From the NCBI GenBank assembly GCA_963850355.1, contig CAWKKP010000003.1, positions 394,660-458,659 on the forward strand: a stretch of DNA of 64,000 bases, written 5' to 3'. Below the pieces are notes generated by a model. The model saw nothing but the letters and a program-made list of their open reading frames with translations. It had not been told where the DNA came from and did no database searches. Shown here piece after piece: positions 61,244-64,000 of this stretch. The first letter of the stretch is position 1. Each line of letters starts with the position of its first letter. The stretch is from an uncultured Alphaproteobacteria bacterium. GTDB taxonomy: Bacteria; Pseudomonadota; Alphaproteobacteria; Rhizobiales; Aestuariivirgaceae. Both the position numbers and the translations under genes were made by a program.

Positions 61244-61405
61244 ATGTGGATGACCATCGCAAATATCGGTTGGGCTGTGTCGGCGCTGTTTGCAGCCTGG
61301 ATGCTCTACGACTGGTTCACAACGGACTCGAAATATTCAGAAGCTGAGCTGACATCATCGCGTGAAGGCGAGATCGAAGCCATGACTGAAAAACATCGGA
61401 TTTAA
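61244..61405 (+). CDS. 53-aa small membrane protein (absent from the ORF track)
   Basis: GGAG RBS at ~61231; MWMTIANIGWAVSALFAAWMLYDWFTTDSKYSEAELTSSREGEIEAMTEKHRI; fills the gap exactly and its stop abuts the permease RBS. Confidence 0.72.
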   Translation: MWMTIANIGWAVSALFAAWMLYDWFTTDSKYSEAELTSSREGEIEAMTEKHRI

Positions 61406-61415
61406 GGAGGACAAA

Positions 61416-62807
61416 ATGGCAAACACACCAACAGCCTCCAACCACATCTCACTCTCGCGCGTGTTAGGCCCCGCTCATGTTTGGGCCTTGGGCGTCGGCA
61501 TTGTTTTGGTCGGTGAGTACACCGGCTGGAATTTCTCGGCTGATAAAGGCGGCGCGCTCGCTGCTCTCATCATCTGCTGGGTAGTAGGGCTACTTTACAC
61601 CTCAGTGGCCATGATCGATTCCGAAGTCACATCGACCGTTGCCGCCGCTGGTGGCCAGTACGCGCAAGCCAAGCACATTGTTGGCCCGCTGATGGCCTTC
61701 AACGTGGCACTTTATCTGGTCTTCGCTTACACCATGCTTGAAGTCTCAAACGCAATTGTGGTGGCGGACACGATCAAAGCCTATGCAGGAGAGGGCTTTA
61801 CCGATTGGCATTATCGAGGGGTGATTGCGACCATCATCATGGTGCTCGCAGCGCTCAATTATCGCGGCGTGTTGATGACGCTGAATGTCAACTTGGTCAT
61901 CACAGCATTTGCCTATCTGGCCATCATCGTGTTGTTCTTCTCCGTGCAACCTTGGTCACAAGGCGAAGTCCTGAAGCTTGGACAAATGATTACTCCGGAG
62001 AATGCGTTGCCCTATGGCTGGCTGGGCGTGATCGCGGGTTTCCATTGGGGCATCTGGTATTACCTCGGCATTGAAGGCACCACGCAAGCTGCTGAGGAAG
62101 TGCGTTCACCGGCCCGTTCACTGCCTTATGGCACGATGGCTGGCATGATCACGCTGCTGATTGGTGCGTCATTAACGTGGTATGTCTGTGCATCGCTAAT
62201 GCCGTGGCAGTATCTGGGCTTCACCTATTTCCCCTTGTTGGATGCAGGCAAACTCACCGGCAGCAAGTCGCTGGAGATGTTGATGTTTGCTGCAACAGTT
62301 CTTGCCGCCACGGCTTCGGCCAATGGTTGCATTAACGATGCGGCACGCGCTTGGTTCTCGCTCGGTCGTGACCGCTATATTCCGACATGGTTCTCGGCTG
62401 TTCATCCAAAGTATCGCACACCCTATCGTTCAATCCTGTTCTTGGTGCCAATTGCATTGGCTTTTGCCTTCACGGCAAATCTGGGTCAGGCGATTACATT
62501 CTCGATCCTGTCGGGCGTGTTGCACTACACGTTTATGTCGCTGAATATCATCATGTTCCGCAACAAATGGCCGCTGGGGTCAATACGGCGCGGTTACACC
62601 CACCCGTTTCATCCCTTGCCCGCAATCGTGCTGTTCATCCTCTGTGTGGTCACGTTCTTCGCGATCTTCTTGGGCTATGGCGCACAGCTTACGGCGATGG
62701 TGGTGTTCTACATTATCATGTCCCTTTGGTTCCATTTCTACCGCTACCAATATGTAAAGCGTGGCGCACAGTTCACCATGCCTTGGCCAAAACCCAAGGG
62801 CTATTGA
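61416..62807 (+). CDS. APC-family amino acid/amine permease (ethanolamine permease-like)
   Basis: LGVGIVLVG, AGGQY, WYYLGIEG and AEEVRSP; ~12 TM segments; AAGGAGG RBS. Confidence 0.92.
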   Translation: MANTPTASNHISLSRVLGPAHVWALGVGIVLVGEYTGWNFSADKGGALAALIICWVVGLLYTSVAMIDSEVTSTVAAAGGQYAQAKHIVGPLMAFNVALYLVFAYTMLEVSNAIVVADTIKAYAGEGFTDWHYRGVIATIIMVLAALNYRGVLMTLNVNLVITAFAYLAIIVLFFSVQPWSQGEVLKLGQMITPENALPYGWLGVIAGFHWGIWYYLGIEGTTQAAEEVRSPARSLPYGTMAGMITLLIGASLTWYVCASLMPWQYLGFTYFPLLDAGKLTGSKSLEMLMFAATVLAATASANGCINDAARAWFSLGRDRYIPTWFSAVHPKYRTPYRSILFLVPIALAFAFTANLGQAITFSILSGVLHYTFMSLNIIMFRNKWPLGSIRRGYTHPFHPLPAIVLFILCVVTFFAIFLGYGAQLTAMVVFYIIMSLWFHFYRYQYVKRGAQFTMPWPKPKGY

Positions 62808-62825
62808 TGAACAACTTTCGACTTC

Positions 62826-62852
62826 ATGGCCCGCTGAAAGGCGGGCCATTTT
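62826..62852 (+). terminator. Rho-independent terminator
   Basis: ATGGCCCGC-TGAAAG-GCGGGCCAT followed by TTT, 19 nt after the permease stop. Confidence 0.7.
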
Positions 62853-62859
62853 AATTGTC

Positions 62860-63540
62860 ATGAGTACATTACAAACCATTCTCGGATTGGTTGTTGCCAC
62901 GGCTCTGGCTGCGGTGCTGTGGCGTCAGTACCACCGACAAGATGCCAAACGCGCTGATCAAGGGCGAGTTTTGTTTGAACCCATCGTGTCGCTGTTTGAT
63001 GCACCCGAAATTGAGCGCGATATGACAGCAGGTGTTTGGTCGCTCAACGGACGATATCGTGACCAGAACTTTCAATTCAAAACGGTTGCTGACACATTGG
63101 CGACGCGCAAACTTCCTAGCCTTTGGCTCATGGTCACATTGCCAGAGCCGCAGCCTGTAAGTTCAACGACAGATATGATGATGCGTGCAGCAGGCGTTTC
63201 TTCTTTCTCCAATTTTGATTTTCTGCCGCACACACTTTCCTTGCCCGCCGGCTTTCCGGAACAAGCGACGATCCGTAGTGACGTTGAAAAAGGCAGTGAA
63301 GCGGTTCCAATGATGGCGCGTCATCTCGAACTTTTTCATCGTGGTCGAGGTAAAGAGTTTTTGATTTCGCCAAAGGGACTGCGCATCGTAGTGCAACTCG
63401 CCGAAGGAGATCGCGCACGCTACGGTGTTTTCCGCGAAGCCAACTTCGAAGGCACATCGATAGATGTTGAACTCGCAAAACAGCTGATGGACACACTCAT
63501 CAATCTACGGAATGATATTCGCGATCATGTCACAGCGTAA
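62860..63540 (+). CDS. Hypothetical protein with N-terminal membrane anchor
   Basis: 226 aa from ATG 62860 with a hydrophobic N-terminus; its stop overlaps the next gene. Confidence 0.7.
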   Translation: MSTLQTILGLVVATALAAVLWRQYHRQDAKRADQGRVLFEPIVSLFDAPEIERDMTAGVWSLNGRYRDQNFQFKTVADTLATRKLPSLWLMVTLPEPQPVSSTTDMMMRAAGVSSFSNFDFLPHTLSLPAGFPEQATIRSDVEKGSEAVPMMARHLELFHRGRGKEFLISPKGLRIVVQLAEGDRARYGVFREANFEGTSIDVELAKQLMDTLINLRNDIRDHVTA

Positions 63541-63766
63541 AAAACCAATTCTCGTGCTTGCGGCGTCTCTTGTGCCAGGCGCTGGCCATGTTTTGCTGGG
63601 TCAGGCCCAGCGCGGACTGATGTTCATTTTCTTCATGACGATTTTAGGATGGATCAGCACAAAAATCATGCCGGAGACCGCAAGTTTTGTGGGGCGGCAC
63701 ATTGGCGGCGTTTTCATCTGGGGAATGTCAATTATTGATGCCTATCGCCTGAATCGAGCCCCGTAA
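63527..63766 (+). CDS. Small membrane protein of unknown function
   Basis: 79 aa; LVPGAGHVLLG motif (TM2-like) and three hydrophobic segments. Confidence 0.7.
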   Translation: MSQRKKPILVLAASLVPGAGHVLLGQAQRGLMFIFFMTILGWISTKIMPETASFVGRHIGGVFIWGMSIIDAYRLNRAP

Positions 63767-63784
63767 CCCAGTGAAAAAAGTTTC

Positions 63785-63812
63785 TTGACAGTTGAAATGC
63801 TAGAACTACGTT
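63785..63812 (+). promoter_or_regulatory. Putative sigma70 promoter
   Basis: TTGACA (63785-63790), 16 nt spacer, TACGTT; upstream of an AGGAGA RBS. Confidence 0.45.
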
Positions 63813-63848
63813 ATATGCAGCAGAGCTTGTGAAGCAGGAGAAAATACC

Positions 63849-64000
63849 ATGTGCGGCATCGTTGGGTTGTTCCTAAAAGACCCGAAATTGGAACCAAAAC
63901 TAGGCGCCATGTTAACGGACATGCTCATTACCATGACGGACCGTGGCCCCGACTCAGCGGGCATTGCGATTTATGGACGCCCCGTGAAGGGACATGCAAA
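63849..64000 (+). CDS. Class II glutamine amidotransferase, GlxB/MgsA-like (3'-truncated by window edge)
   Basis: MCGIVGLFLKDPKLEPKLGAMLTDMLITMTDRGPDSAGIAIYG: N-terminal nucleophile Cys and RGPDSAG motif; not in the ORF track. Confidence 0.85.
   Translation, partial: MCGIVGLFLKDPKLEPKLGAMLTDMLITMTDRGPDSAGIAIYGRPVKGHA

Noticed and set aside
62807-62854. 15-codon ORF MNNFRLHGPLKGGPF overlapping the permease stop
   Set aside because: It coincides with the terminator hairpin and has no independent coding support.
1-64000. CRISPR array, tRNA/rRNA, transposase, integrase or prophage
   Set aside because: No regularly spaced repeats, RNA-gene signatures or mobile-element ORFs seen; nearly all sequence is accounted for by metabolic CDS.

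Overview
This window is a densely packed catabolic region of about 59 CDS. I infer an alphaproteobacterium from gene content and a RIME-like intergenic repeat. I saw no rRNA, tRNA, CRISPR array, transposase or phage gene. Six blocks run left to right. (1) Glycerate kinase, deoC, an ALDH16-type aldehyde dehydrogenase, an APH-like kinase, a CUT1 sugar ABC importer and gnd. (2) A divergent GlcNAc/MurNAc locus: murQ plus ABC importer on one strand; BadF kinase, GntR, SIS deaminase, nagA and a Gfo/Idh/MocA enzyme on the other, with TGGTATT repeats between them. (3) A probable 14.5 kb minus-strand operon: agpABCD alpha-galactoside importer, two GH4 alpha-galactosidases flanking a translationally coupled tryptophan-halogenase-family gene, then eryA-like kinase, 2-hydroxyacid dehydrogenase and eryB. 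(4) Ketose-epimerase, Tm-1-like, PEP-hydrolase-like TIM barrel and tandem SRPBCC genes, with a divergent PfpI gene. (5) TIM-barrel and Gfo/Idh/MocA genes, an ABC importer whose two ATPases carry complementary degenerate motifs, an LRA5-like SDR and a mutarotase, plus GntR and a fused DhaKL kinase. (6) A soxBDAG(mgd)-like operon, XRE-cupin regulator, APC permease flanked by five uncharacterised membrane genes, and the start of a class II glutamine amidotransferase, probably an N-methylglutamate methylamine cluster. About 23 single-base frameshifts in 14 genes (19 insertions, 4 deletions) look like uncorrected long-read errors, so split genes are reported as whole CDS. The best candidates for undescribed biology are blocks 3, 4 and 5 and the small proteins of block 6. 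All family calls come from motif recognition and recall; no database search was run.
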